Source: a virus
Length of the DNA stretch: 64,000 nucleotides
Reading direction: 5' to 3' (one strand)
Virus record (IMG/VR): IMGVR_UViG_3300021141_000001
Below are positions 1 to 9,324 of the stretch, in pieces. Position 1 is the first letter of the stretch. Each line of letters starts with the position of its first letter. The notes under the pieces were generated by a model that was not told the origin of the DNA, made no database searches, and was given only the letters and a program-made list of their open reading frames with translations. A program made the translations under genes and the position numbers.

Positions 1-1494
1 AAGTAATATTCTGTGTGTGATTAAATCTGGATATCTACGAATCGGTGAAGTAAAGTGAGAATAGTGAGTAAATCCTAAACCATAGTGACCAATGTTCTTA
101 ATTGTGTAAGTTGCTTTAGACATACATCTAGTTACTAAAGTTTCAATCATATTTTCTTCAGGAGTATCTTTAATTTCTTTTAGTAAATTATTTAGAGTTT
201 TTTTAATTTCAGTTGAATCATCATATATCTCTATATCATATCCAAAAGTTTTACAAACACCAACTAAAGCATTTAACTTTTCCATATTTGGAGTATCGTG
301 AACTCTATATACATTTGCCCAACTAGCCTCTGATAAAGTCTTAGCAACTGACTTGTTAGCCAATAACATAAATTCTTCAATTAACTTGTTAGCTTCTTTT
401 TGTTCTTTGAAATAAACACCAATTGGTTTCTTATTATCTTCGGCTAATTTGAATCTTACTTCAATACCACCCATTTCAATAGAACCTTCTTTAATTCTTT
501 TCTTTCTAATTTTTCTAGCTAAAGTATCAAGTAATCTAATCTCAGTTGAATAATCACCGTCATTTCCTTCAATGATTTCTTGAGCTTCTTCATAAGCATA
601 TCTTCTATCAGAGTGAATAACTGTTTTGCCTTGCCAAGTGTTTAATATGTTACCTTCATTATCTAAAGTAAAGATAACTGAGAATGCCAATCTATCTTCG
701 TGTGGTTTCAATGAACATATACCATTACTTAAACGTTCTGGTAACATTGGAACACATCTATCAACTAAATATACTGATGTAGCTCTTTTGAAAGCCTCAT
801 CGTCTAATTTAGTTCCTGGTTTAACATAGTGTCCTACGTCGGCAATGTGAACTCCTACTTCAATTTTATTATCACTTATTATGTTAACTGAAAGGGCATC
901 GTCAAAATCTTTAGCATCAACTGGGTCAATTGTTAAAGTAGTAACACCTCTCATATCTTTACGAGATTTAATTTCTTTTTCTGTAATAACTTCAGGTACT
1001 AAGAAAGATTCATTGATGACATCTTGTGGAAATTCAACAGGTAGTCCATATTCAATCATAATTGAGTTCATTTCCGCGTTGTTATCTCCGGAATTTCCTA
1101 AAACTCTTGTTATTTTTCCTTGTGGTGATTTAGTATCCTCCCACTTTATTAATTCGACTACAACTTTTTGGTCGTGTTCGGCTTTTAATCCGCCTTTAAT
1201 ATAAAAGTCTACTGGAATTTTATTGCTATCTGGAACAACAAATGTAGTTTTCTTCCCAATTTGTACTTTTCCAACAAACTCTGTTTTAAATCTTGAAATA
1301 ACTTCAATAACTTTTCCTTCTAACTTTTTTTCAGCTTTGAATATCTGAACTTTTACTTTATCTAAATGTAATGAGTTAGTCGTGTTTTTCTTGTAAATGA
1401 AGATTTCTTTATCTTCTACTAATAAGGATGCGTTACCACTTGTTGAGAATTCAATCTGTCCTTCGTAAACATCCCCTTCTTTTAATTCTATCAT
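1..1494 (-). CDS. rnr: Ribonuclease R (RNB family 3'-5' exoribonuclease), 3' end runs off the window
   Basis: Manual minus-strand translation from ATG at 1494 gives TLTIDPVDAKDFDDALS, VGVHIADVGHYV and HYSHFTSPIRRYPDLITHR, the RNB catalytic motifs. Absent from the ORF track because no stop lies in the window. Confidence 0.93.
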   Translation of the reverse strand, partial: MIELKEGDVYEGQIEFSTSGNASLLVEDKEIFIYKKNTTNSLHLDKVKVQIFKAEKKLEGKVIEVISRFKTEFVGKVQIGKKTTFVVPDSNKIPVDFYIKGGLKAEHDQKVVVELIKWEDTKSPQGKITRVLGNSGDNNAEMNSIMIEYGLPVEFPQDVINESFLVPEVITEKEIKSRKDMRGVTTLTIDPVDAKDFDDALSVNIISDNKIEVGVHIADVGHYVKPGTKLDDEAFKRATSVYLVDRCVPMLPERLSNGICSLKPHEDRLAFSVIFTLDNEGNILNTWQGKTVIHSDRRYAYEEAQEIIEGNDGDYSTEIRLLDTLARKIRKKRIKEGSIEMGGIEVRFKLAEDNKKPIGVYFKEQKEANKLIEEFMLLANKSVAKTLSEASWANVYRVHDTPNMEKLNALVGVCKTFGYDIEIYDDSTEIKKTLNNLLKEIKDTPEENMIETLVTRCMSKATYTIKNIGHYGLGFTHYSHFTSPIRRYPDLITHRILL

Positions 1495-1507
1495 ATAGGT
1501 ATTCTAT

Positions 1508-1903
1508 TTAAGAAACCTCATTTTGTTTATCTCTTTTTGATATATTATCTACACCATACTTCTCTATAAGTGTATTTTTCATCTTACTAAGTACCTTTTT
1601 ATTCTGTATTGGATAGTCAACTCCAAAGTTTTTTCTTAATGTTTCTTTTCTTTTTGATTCAGAACATTTTCTACAATAATATTCTCCAAAGTTGTTATCA
1701 TATTTAACATAGTTTTTGAATATTACTTCTTTTTCGATTCCACAACCGTCACACTTACATTTTATTTTATAATGTGATCCTTTTGACATTAATTCAATTG
1801 GTATTTTAATAATCTCTCCAATTGCTACATCATATCCTAAATCATCATAGTACTGATAATTCGACTCATTAATTTTTATCTCTATCTCTCTTGTAAGGAT
1901 CAT
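1508..1903 (-). CDS. Zn-finger protein with KxFGV/KYGV repeats typical of phage homing-endonuclease-associated domains; no nuclease domain visible
   Basis: CKCDGC...CRKC plus KETLRKNFGVDYP and KNTLIEKYGVDN repeats. Confidence 0.5.
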   Translation of the reverse strand: MILTREIEIKINESNYQYYDDLGYDVAIGEIIKIPIELMSKGSHYKIKCKCDGCGIEKEVIFKNYVKYDNNFGEYYCRKCSESKRKETLRKNFGVDYPIQNKKVLSKMKNTLIEKYGVDNISKRDKQNEVS

Positions 1904-1994
1904 AAAAAACCGCTCAATTTCTTTTATTTATTAAAAATCACTTCTCTCCTCCATGGTTTTATACATGTTAAACCCAGCCTGAAACCTATCACTA

Positions 1995-2045
1995 CTATAA
2001 AAAATCCACGTTGAAAAAAAGACGGTTTCTTACTGATTATATATA
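1995..2045 (+). promoter_or_regulatory. Extended late-promoter element CTATAAAAAATCCAC-N30-TATATA
   Basis: Same element with the same 30-nt spacing at 4200-4250 and 47976-48026. Confidence 0.6.
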
Positions 2046-2074
2046 CTCTATATTTTAAAAAATAATAAACTTAA

Positions 2075-4198
2075 ATGAAACCAGTATTAATTATAGAAAA
2101 TTCACAAAACTCTCTTATTAGAGAGAATAATGGTTCTACTAAGAAGGATTATATTTTAGGTGGTACGTTCACAGAGTTCGGTGTTAAAAACCGTAATGAG
2201 AGAATTTACACTGCTGATAAATTTCTTCCAGCTTTAGATGAATTAAATGAAAGAATGAGCAGTTTAGGCGTTGTTTACGGTGAGTTTGATCACCCAGATG
2301 TTTTTGACACATCTCTTTCTAGAGCATCACACATTATCACAAAAGCTAATTATGTAAAAGAATCAAATTTAGTTAATGGTGAAATTAGATTACTAAACAC
2401 TTATTGGGGTAAAGAAGCAAAGGCATTAGTTGATGACGGATGTCCTGTTTTCGTTTCTTCAAGAGCCGCTGGTATCACTGAATCAGATGGTACTGTTTCA
2501 TTGAAAAAATTATTTACATATGATATCGTTGCTGATCCAGGTTTTGCTTCTGCTAAAATGTCGGTTAAGAATATCAACGAATCATTAGGATATAATGAAA
2601 ACTCTAACTTTAGGATATATGAAATGTCCGATGAGTCCAAAATAAATCAACTATTTGATATGAACAAAAATGAATTTGTTACAAAGCAACAATTAACTGA
2701 ATATTCTCAGTATTTAGTTAAAGAACTAGCTTCTACAAAGAAAGAAGTTAAAGGTGCTCTTACTAAAGGTAATTTATCTCCAAAGAAAATGGAGCAACTT
2801 TTAGAGTACTATGAAGAGTTAAATTCTACTAATTCTCAAGTTGTTAAATATTTAGATTATTTGGCTGAAAAAGTTCAAATTATGGTTAATGAAAACAAGT
2901 CGTTAAAGGAAACTACTGACAAACTTATTAAACATAATGACTATTTAGCTGAAAATTTAGAAAAAGCTGTTAACTACTCTGAATACTTAGCTGAAAACTT
3001 AGACAAAAATATTGAGTATTCTGAATACTTAGCTGAAAATCTTGATAAGAATATTTCTTATTCAGAATATATCGCTGAAAATCTTGATAAGAACATTTCT
3101 TATTCTGAATACTTAGCTGAAAACTTAGACAAAAATATTGAGTACTCTGAGTACTTAGCTGAAAATCTTGATAAGAATATTGCTTATTCAGAATATATCG
3201 CTGAAAACTTAGACAAAAATATTTCTTACGCAGAATATATTGCTGAGCACGTTGATAATTCAATTGCTTATTCTGAATACTTAGCTGAACACGTTGAAGG
3301 TAACATCGCTTACTCTGAATACATTGCTGAACATTTAGATGATAATATTGCTTACTCTGAATACATTGCTGAAAATCTTGATAAATCAATTAACTACCAA
3401 GGTTTAATCGTTGAAAAATTAAATTCAAGAAAATTAAATGAATCAATGAGTGAAGAAGAAGAAGCTTTCCCATCATTACAAGCGGCAGGTTTTGAAAATA
3501 CTCAAGAAGATGAGAATGAAGAAGAAGAAAATGAAGAAGAAGCATACAATGGTATTGCTTCAGCTCATGAAGAAGAAGCATATAATAAAGAAGAAGAAGA
3601 TGAAGACTGTGGTCCATCTGCTACTGAAGAAGAAAATAATGATGAAGAAGCTCATGATTACAAAGTAACTGGTAACAGTGATTCTGAATTATCTGAGTCA
3701 ATCAACAAATTAATAGAAGAAGCTAAAAAACGTAAAGTTTCTGAATCAACTGACTTGAATTTCTTAAAATTCTTAAACAAGTCACAAGTAGATAGTTACT
3801 ACGCTTTGTCTGATGAAGACCAAGAGGCTGTTAAATTTCACATAAACGAAAGAAATTACTTCACATCTAAAGATGTGTTAAGCCTAATCGCAGAAGCGCT
3901 ATCATCAAAGAATGAATCTCTTGAAGAAAGAGTAATCAGATTAATGCCTGAAAACACTAAGGCTATCTGGAGTCAAATGAATGAATCTGCTAAAAAATCT
4001 ATCTTATCACAAGCTAGACTTTACCCAGCTGAAGTTTTAATGACTGAATCACAAGTTGAGCATTTCTGGTTAACTAGAAAGCTTAAAACAAACGAGTCTG
4101 TAACTAAAAAGTTAGTAGCTCATGAAAGTTTAATACAAGAAGATAAACTTTCTGATAATGACGTTACTGCGATTATGGAAAGATTCAAAAACATTTAA
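2075..4198 (+). CDS. Prohead core protease (T4 gp21-like) fused to a scaffold-like coiled-coil/acidic region
   Basis: KNRNERIY, GEFDHP (catalytic His), VSSRAAG (catalytic Ser), YDIVADPGF; immediately upstream of the capsid gene. Confidence 0.9.
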   Translation: MKPVLIIENSQNSLIRENNGSTKKDYILGGTFTEFGVKNRNERIYTADKFLPALDELNERMSSLGVVYGEFDHPDVFDTSLSRASHIITKANYVKESNLVNGEIRLLNTYWGKEAKALVDDGCPVFVSSRAAGITESDGTVSLKKLFTYDIVADPGFASAKMSVKNINESLGYNENSNFRIYEMSDESKINQLFDMNKNEFVTKQQLTEYSQYLVKELASTKKEVKGALTKGNLSPKKMEQLLEYYEELNSTNSQVVKYLDYLAEKVQIMVNENKSLKETTDKLIKHNDYLAENLEKAVNYSEYLAENLDKNIEYSEYLAENLDKNISYSEYIAENLDKNISYSEYLAENLDKNIEYSEYLAENLDKNIAYSEYIAENLDKNISYAEYIAEHVDNSIAYSEYLAEHVEGNIAYSEYIAEHLDDNIAYSEYIAENLDKSINYQGLIVEKLNSRKLNESMSEEEEAFPSLQAAGFENTQEDENEEEENEEEAYNGIASAHEEEAYNKEEEDEDCGPSATEEENNDEEAHDYKVTGNSDSELSESINKLIEEAKKRKVSESTDLNFLKFLNKSQVDSYYALSDEDQEAVKFHINERNYFTSKDVLSLIAEALSSKNESLEERVIRLMPENTKAIWSQMNESAKKSILSQARLYPAEVLMTESQVEHFWLTRKLKTNESVTKKLVAHESLIQEDKLSDNDVTAIMERFKNI
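2933..3394 (+). repeat. 11 tandem 42-bp (14-aa) coding repeats, consensus YSEY(L/I)AENLDKNIx
   Basis: Visible in DNA and protein; variation is mostly synonymous or conservative. Confidence 0.95.
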
Positions 4199-4199
4199 T

Positions 4200-4250
4200 C
4201 TATAAAAAATCCACACTTGAAATTATTGAAATTTTGAAGGGTAATATATA
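4200..4250 (+). promoter_or_regulatory. Extended late promoter of the capsid gene (CTATAAAAAATCCAC...TAATATATA)
   Basis: Repeat of the 1995-2045 element; TAATATATA at 4242-4250. Confidence 0.65.
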
Positions 4251-4279
4251 GATAAACACAAAAAAAAATTAAAAAAATT

Positions 4280-5983
4280 ATGTCACACATTAGAATAGAC
4301 AAATCAAAAGCAGTTAAGAAATGGGCTCCAGTTTTGGAAAACATGGGTGTAACTGAAGATAGAGTAGAATGGATGTCAGAAATGGCTGAGTATCACTCAA
4401 TCAATGAAAATGCGTATGTAAACGCATCAAACGTAGCAGGTATGGGAGCTGTATTGAATCCAGTTGTTGGTTCATTAGCAGGTAATACATTAGCTACTTA
4501 CGCAAACGGTGGTGGTGTTGCTGGTTCTGGAGACGTAGGTCAAAACTTACTTCCAGTAGCTATGAAAATTGCTGCTCAAACAATCGGTTTAGACTTAGTA
4601 GCTGTTAAACCAACTCCAGGTCCAAAAATCGATTTATTATACATCGATTTCCAATACGATGATGTTAATAACTTAACAGATGGTTATGAAAAGCCACAAG
4701 TTTTCAAATTATATGCTAGTAACATTACTGACATCACTGCTCAAATCAGACTTGACGTTGCTGGTGCTGGTCCTTTAACTGCTTTACAAGAAACAACTGG
4801 TGGATTACAAGGTGGTAGATTATTCTACGGTATCACTGCTTCATCAGCATTTGTAAGTAACACTTTACCAGCATCTAAAACAAATATAGTTGAATTCTTA
4901 GGTTTCTCTCGTATCGATGGTTACCCAATGTTTAGAGTATTCAGACAAGCAAATACATCAGGTAACATTTCTGTTCCTCATACATTTGTTGCTGCTGACA
5001 ACACATTTGCTGCTTCAGGTAGTATGCTTTCTCAAATTTTAGGTTTAGCTGGTATCGTTCCTAACTCAGGAACAAAAGAAGTTCAATTAATCTCTGCTTT
5101 AGAAGATCATATCCCAGGATTTACATCAAACTGGACTGCTGCTTCAGGTGGTGCTTTAGGTAACTATCCAATGGATCGTGCTTCTGATGATAACAGTTAT
5201 GCTGGTGTTATCGGACCAAAAATCTCTTCTAAAACTGTAGCAGTTGGTACTATCGAAGTATCTTCAGCTCTTAGAAGAACTGAAATCGAAGATATCAAAG
5301 CTAACACAGGTATGGATATCGTTCAAAAAATGGAGTCTATCCTTGTTAACGAATTGTCTCAAACAATTTCTAAACAAATCGTTGCTAAAATCTTCGAAAT
5401 GGGTGCTCTTAATGCTGTTAACGCTCCTGCTGCGCCAGCTGGTTCTGCTAACTCTGGTGGTACTATCTTCGACTTGAACACTGCTTATGCTGCTACTACT
5501 TATGTTGGTGGTGAAACTACTCACGCTGTTCAACGTAAGTTAATCACTAAGATTGCTCACGCTTCTAACTACATTGCTACTGAAGGTCGTGTAGGTCCTG
5601 CTCAATACCTTATCACAAACGGAGGTCTTGCTGCTGCTTTACAAGATATCGCTGGTTACACAATTAACCCAGTTAAATCTAAATTAAACGGACAAGGTCA
5701 ATTATACCCTGTAGGTTCAATCGGAGACATCTCTATCTATGTAGATCCATATATGAGATATAACGATAACAGAATCGTGTTAGGTCGTAAGAACAACCCT
5801 GACCAACCAGGTATCATTTTCGTACCTTACTTAATGGCTCAGTCTATCTCAGTTATCTCTGAAGCTACATTCGCTCCAAGAATGTTGTTACGTTCAAGAT
5901 ACGCTGTAACTGAAGTTGGTTGGTTCCCACAAAAACAATATATGACTATTACAGTTACTGACGCTGCTCAGTTATTAAACTAA
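4280..5983 (+). CDS. Major capsid protein (T4 gp23-like)
   Basis: KKWAPVLE N-terminus, AAQTIGLDLVAVKP, IYVDPY, PGIIFVPY, RSRYA; strong codon bias; follows the prohead protease. Confidence 0.92.
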   Translation: MSHIRIDKSKAVKKWAPVLENMGVTEDRVEWMSEMAEYHSINENAYVNASNVAGMGAVLNPVVGSLAGNTLATYANGGGVAGSGDVGQNLLPVAMKIAAQTIGLDLVAVKPTPGPKIDLLYIDFQYDDVNNLTDGYEKPQVFKLYASNITDITAQIRLDVAGAGPLTALQETTGGLQGGRLFYGITASSAFVSNTLPASKTNIVEFLGFSRIDGYPMFRVFRQANTSGNISVPHTFVAADNTFAASGSMLSQILGLAGIVPNSGTKEVQLISALEDHIPGFTSNWTAASGGALGNYPMDRASDDNSYAGVIGPKISSKTVAVGTIEVSSALRRTEIEDIKANTGMDIVQKMESILVNELSQTISKQIVAKIFEMGALNAVNAPAAPAGSANSGGTIFDLNTAYAATTYVGGETTHAVQRKLITKIAHASNYIATEGRVGPAQYLITNGGLAAALQDIAGYTINPVKSKLNGQGQLYPVGSIGDISIYVDPYMRYNDNRIVLGRKNNPDQPGIIFVPYLMAQSISVISEATFAPRMLLRSRYAVTEVGWFPQKQYMTITVTDAAQLLN

Positions 5984-6007
5984 TCAATAGTCTTATTGAT
6001 ATTATTG

Positions 6008-6034
6008 AAAAAAGACCCTTTATGGGTCTTTTTT
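6008..6034 (+). terminator. Intrinsic terminator after the capsid gene
   Basis: AAAAAAGACCC-TTTAT-GGGTCTTTTTT hairpin with T tract. Confidence 0.85.
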
Positions 6035-6067
6035 CTTTTTAAAGAATTTGTAATTAATATATACACT

Positions 6068-6457
6068 ATGATAAAGAATTTTAATTTATTTAACGAATCT
6101 AAAAAAGACAAATTTCCTAATATTCAAAAATTAGAAATAGAAGGATTTGTTGTTTATGTTGGTAAAGATGCTAAATCTAATGATCATTTGACATTTAATG
6201 TTGCTGATAAAGAAGATATTTGGTTCCATGTTAAAGGTGTTCCAGGTAGTCACGTTGTTATTCGTGTAAGAGAAAATTTACCTACAGAAACTGTTATTAA
6301 ATCCGCGGCACAATTGGCTAAAAAGAATAGTAAAGGATCTAAAGAATCTAGTGTAACTGTTGTTTATTGTCAAAGAAGATTCGTTAAGAAAGAATCAGGT
6401 ATGAATGATGGTCAAGTTAAAGTAGATTATACAAATTCATATCAAATTGTAGTTTAA
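6068..6457 (+). CDS. Stand-alone NFACT-R (DUF814) RNA-binding domain protein with CTS-like leader
   Basis: VYVGKDAKSNDHLT, DIWFHVKGVPGSHVVIR, AAQLA; ATG 6068 follows TAATATATA at 6055-6063. Confidence 0.85.
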   Translation: MIKNFNLFNESKKDKFPNIQKLEIEGFVVYVGKDAKSNDHLTFNVADKEDIWFHVKGVPGSHVVIRVRENLPTETVIKSAAQLAKKNSKGSKESSVTVVYCQRRFVKKESGMNDGQVKVDYTNSYQIVV

Positions 6458-6492
6458 TATTTAATATATAACATAATAAAATAAATTAAAAA

Positions 6493-7848
6493 ATGGCAGA
6501 TACTAATGAACCTGTAAGAGTTAAATTTTCCGAAGAACTTCATGATTTATTAAAAGTTTTAGAAGATGAGAATAGTTATATCGCATTTGAAATGCTTTGG
6601 CTAAATGAACCTAATTCTAAATATCATAATGGTTTAGGAATTACTGATGTTAATATATCTAAGACAAAATCTTGTTTAGATGTTACATCTAGAGGTAAAG
6701 TACACCCTATGAAAATAGAAAATTTTATTAAATTTTACTTTAAAAATTATTTTCAAACTGCTGATATTCAAGATTTTATTGAACAATATGATATATTATC
6801 AGGTGGTGGTTCGGTTGAAAGTATTGCTGTTAATAGAATTACACCAGAACCTTTTACTTATAATCCTAAAGACGTTAGAAGTACATTTATTTCATTAGTT
6901 ACTAAGACATATCCTCACGGACACGAAGAAGAAGTAATGGCTTTTATGCCTAAATTGGATAAAGATATTGTAGGTAACTATTATAAGATTATTGGCGAGA
7001 ATTCAACAACAATGTTTACGTCTCACTTAGATACTGCTGATAGAAAACAAGGCATTACTAAACTTCTTTCTAAGAAAGATGATAAAGGTGATGAAATTAT
7101 CTATACAGATGGTTCTACTATATTAGGTGCTGATGATAAATCAGGTGTTGCTGTTATGCTTTATATGATGGCTCATAATGTACCAGGTCTTTATTACTTC
7201 TTTATGGGTGAAGAAAGAGGTGGTATTGGTTCAGGTTTATTATCTTCAGTGTATGAACAAGTTGAATATCTTAAAAATATTAAGAGATGTGTTTCTTTTG
7301 ATAGAAGAGATGTTTGTTCAGTTATCACTTCTCAATTAGGCAGAACTTGTTGTTCTGATCAATTTGGAACTGCTTTGGCTAAACAATATAATTCACACGG
7401 TCTTAATTTATCATTAGATCCAGGTGGTATATACACAGATTCTGCTTCATTTATTGACCAAATTCCTGAATGTACTAACATTTCAGTTGGTTATTATAGT
7501 GAACATACTGGTAAAGAAAGACAAAATATCAACTATTTAGAAAGACTTGCTAAAGCTAGTGTAAAAGTAAATTGGGATTCATTACCAACTACTAGAAAGA
7601 TAGGAATTGATGAAGAAACTATTAGAAAATATGGTAAGTTAATTAGTGATATAAAAGCAACACCATTTGGTATTGATGTTAAAATAGCATCTGATAGAGC
7701 TACTACATTTATTCAATGTGATTTAGAAGAAGGTTATATTGATGAAACATATGAGGCTTTAACAACATTACAATTCTTATTAAACAAACACAAAGTAAGT
7801 CAAAAGGTTTATTTTGACGCAGAATACATAAAAATAGATTTACTATAA
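6493..7848 (+). CDS. M28/M20-family zinc peptidase with N-terminal extension
   Basis: SHLDT, LGADDKSG, GEERG, SFDRR, YSEHT metal-ligand motifs. Confidence 0.85.
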   Translation: MADTNEPVRVKFSEELHDLLKVLEDENSYIAFEMLWLNEPNSKYHNGLGITDVNISKTKSCLDVTSRGKVHPMKIENFIKFYFKNYFQTADIQDFIEQYDILSGGGSVESIAVNRITPEPFTYNPKDVRSTFISLVTKTYPHGHEEEVMAFMPKLDKDIVGNYYKIIGENSTTMFTSHLDTADRKQGITKLLSKKDDKGDEIIYTDGSTILGADDKSGVAVMLYMMAHNVPGLYYFFMGEERGGIGSGLLSSVYEQVEYLKNIKRCVSFDRRDVCSVITSQLGRTCCSDQFGTALAKQYNSHGLNLSLDPGGIYTDSASFIDQIPECTNISVGYYSEHTGKERQNINYLERLAKASVKVNWDSLPTTRKIGIDEETIRKYGKLISDIKATPFGIDVKIASDRATTFIQCDLEEGYIDETYEALTTLQFLLNKHKVSQKVYFDAEYIKIDLL

Positions 7849-8294
7849 TGAAACTTAAAAAATTTAATCAATTATTTGAACGTGAGGGTTTTGATGATAT
7901 CGATGGATATGATTATGAAGATGATTACGATTATTCAAGAGAAGATGAATATAAAGGTGATGATGATGATTCAGATGATGATATGTCACATCTTTGTTAT
8001 CTTTTAAGATCCATGTTTAATAATAGTAATGTAGATGTTAATGTTGAAAATAGTGGATTGGATTTATCTATTACAGCTCAATTTGCTAGAAGAGAATCAC
8101 TTAGTGATATTGTTAAAGTATTTGAAATTGTTAGAAAAATTAAAAAAGACGTTTTAGCTCAATATTCTTCTTCTTATGAAATATGGGAAACTAAAACAGG
8201 TACGCCTATGATTACATTTGAATTTATGTTAGAAGACGATGATGATAAAGATGGTGTAGTTACTGATGATAAGAACGATGATTATCCTTGGTAA
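7848..8294 (+). CDS. Acidic hypothetical protein with CTS-like leader (MKLKKFNQLFE)
   Basis: ORF coupled to the upstream peptidase; leader motif. Confidence 0.7.
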   Translation: MKLKKFNQLFEREGFDDIDGYDYEDDYDYSREDEYKGDDDDSDDDMSHLCYLLRSMFNNSNVDVNVENSGLDLSITAQFARRESLSDIVKVFEIVRKIKKDVLAQYSSSYEIWETKTGTPMITFEFMLEDDDDKDGVVTDDKNDDYPW

Positions 8295-8314
8295 TTTTTA
8301 AAATTTCTAAACTT

Positions 8315-8346
8315 TTTGCTATTTTAGAATATTATATATATATTTG
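8315..8346 (+). promoter_or_regulatory. Bacteroidota-type housekeeping promoter (-33 TTTG, -7 TATATTTG) for tmRNA
   Basis: TTTG 8315-8318, 20-nt spacer, TATATTTG 8339-8346. Confidence 0.75.
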
Positions 8347-8363
8347 TAGAATATAACACACTT

Positions 8364-8743
8364 GGGGATGTTTTAGAATTGATTTGCGGAATGGTGGTGA
8401 TTATGTCAGGTATCGGTTGGTTAAGTATCCGATTAATAAATTAAGTAACAAATTTGTAAACGGCAACGTTAATGAAGTAGCAAGCAATGAAGATTTAGTA
8501 TTTGCGCTACAAAACAACATGATCTTGGTAGAAGATCTAGCAACTGTCTAACAACAGTTACTATCAAAAAATTCTCCAACTTGTATCACACAAGAATAAA
8601 ATGGTGAAACGGTTTTTTGTTACTTGTTAGAGTTTCTCAAAAAAAGTAAATAGTTTGTAAGTTTAGAAAAATTTACTAAGCCTGTGAATGAATAATTATT
8701 AACAACTGAAAAAGACACGTTGGGCAGTACAACGTCATCTCCA
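8364..8743 (+). ncRNA. ssrA: tmRNA (one-piece); tag ORF 8462-8551 GNVNEVASNEDLVFALQNNMILVEDLATV*
   Basis: Acceptor stem GGGGATG/CATCTCC-A with G3:U Ala identity pair; T-arm ACGTTG-GGCAGTA-CAACGT; TAAAC|GGC resume context; 380 nt; CCA not encoded. Confidence 0.9.
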
Positions 8744-8747
8744 CAAG

Positions 8748-8774
8748 AACAAAGACCAGTAATGGTCTTTTGTT
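8748..8774 (+). terminator. Intrinsic terminator after tmRNA
   Basis: AAAGACCA-GTAA-TGGTCTTT-TGTT. Confidence 0.7.
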
Positions 8775-8818
8775 ATTTTAAATAGGTAAACTTTATTCCT
8801 TTCGTTAATATAATAAGT

Positions 8819-9322
8819 ATGATTGATAAATTTGAAGGTCGTTATAGATTCTTATCCAACTTCTACCCTTGTACAATAGAACATCAGGGTATTACTTACC
8901 CATCTGTTGAGAACTTTTATGTTGCTATGAAAGTTAATGACCAACAATTAATTAATGGTAAATATTACACACCAGGTGACTTTCGTGAAATGATTGCTAG
9001 AATTTCTAATCCTGCTGAAGTTAAGAAGATTGGTTCTAAAATAAAATTAAGAACTGGTTGGGATGAAAAGAAATTAGAAGTAATGAACTGGGCTGTTCGC
9101 CAAAAGTTCAAAGATGAAACTTTATCTGAAATGTTATTATCTACTGGTGGCCAAGAGTTAATTGAAGGTAACTGGTGGAAAGATTATTTCTGGGGAGTTT
9201 GTAATGGTAAAGGTGATAATAATCTTGGTAAAATTTTAATGACTGTTCGTGAAGAAATTTCTTTACAAAATCAAAAACCTTCAATCGAAGATATAATAAA
9301 AGACAAAAATAAATTAAATTAA
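8819..9322 (+). CDS. NADAR (YbiA-like) ADP-ribose/N-glycosidase family protein
   Basis: FLSNFYP, LLSTG..ELIEGN, DYFWG, GDNNLGKILM..RE. Confidence 0.88.
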   Translation: MIDKFEGRYRFLSNFYPCTIEHQGITYPSVENFYVAMKVNDQQLINGKYYTPGDFREMIARISNPAEVKKIGSKIKLRTGWDEKKLEVMNWAVRQKFKDETLSEMLLSTGGQELIEGNWWKDYFWGVCNGKGDNNLGKILMTVREEISLQNQKPSIEDIIKDKNKLN

Positions 9323-9324
9323 TA

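Noticed and set aside
626-1204. Plus-strand ORFs 626-829 and 881-1204
   Set aside because: They are antisense shadows of the RNase R gene.
1508-1903. Active homing endonuclease
   Set aside because: Only Zn-finger and KYGV-type repeats are present; no HNH, GIY-YIG or PD-(D/E)xK catalytic motif is visible.
2933-3394. 42-bp tandem repeats as a CRISPR array
   Set aside because: The repeats are contiguous, in frame and have no unique spacers; variation is codon-like; no cas genes are present.
8701-8746. Stand-alone tRNA
   Set aside because: The T-arm and acceptor 3' strand pair with 8364-8370 and belong to the tmRNA; I recognised no canonical tRNA in the window.
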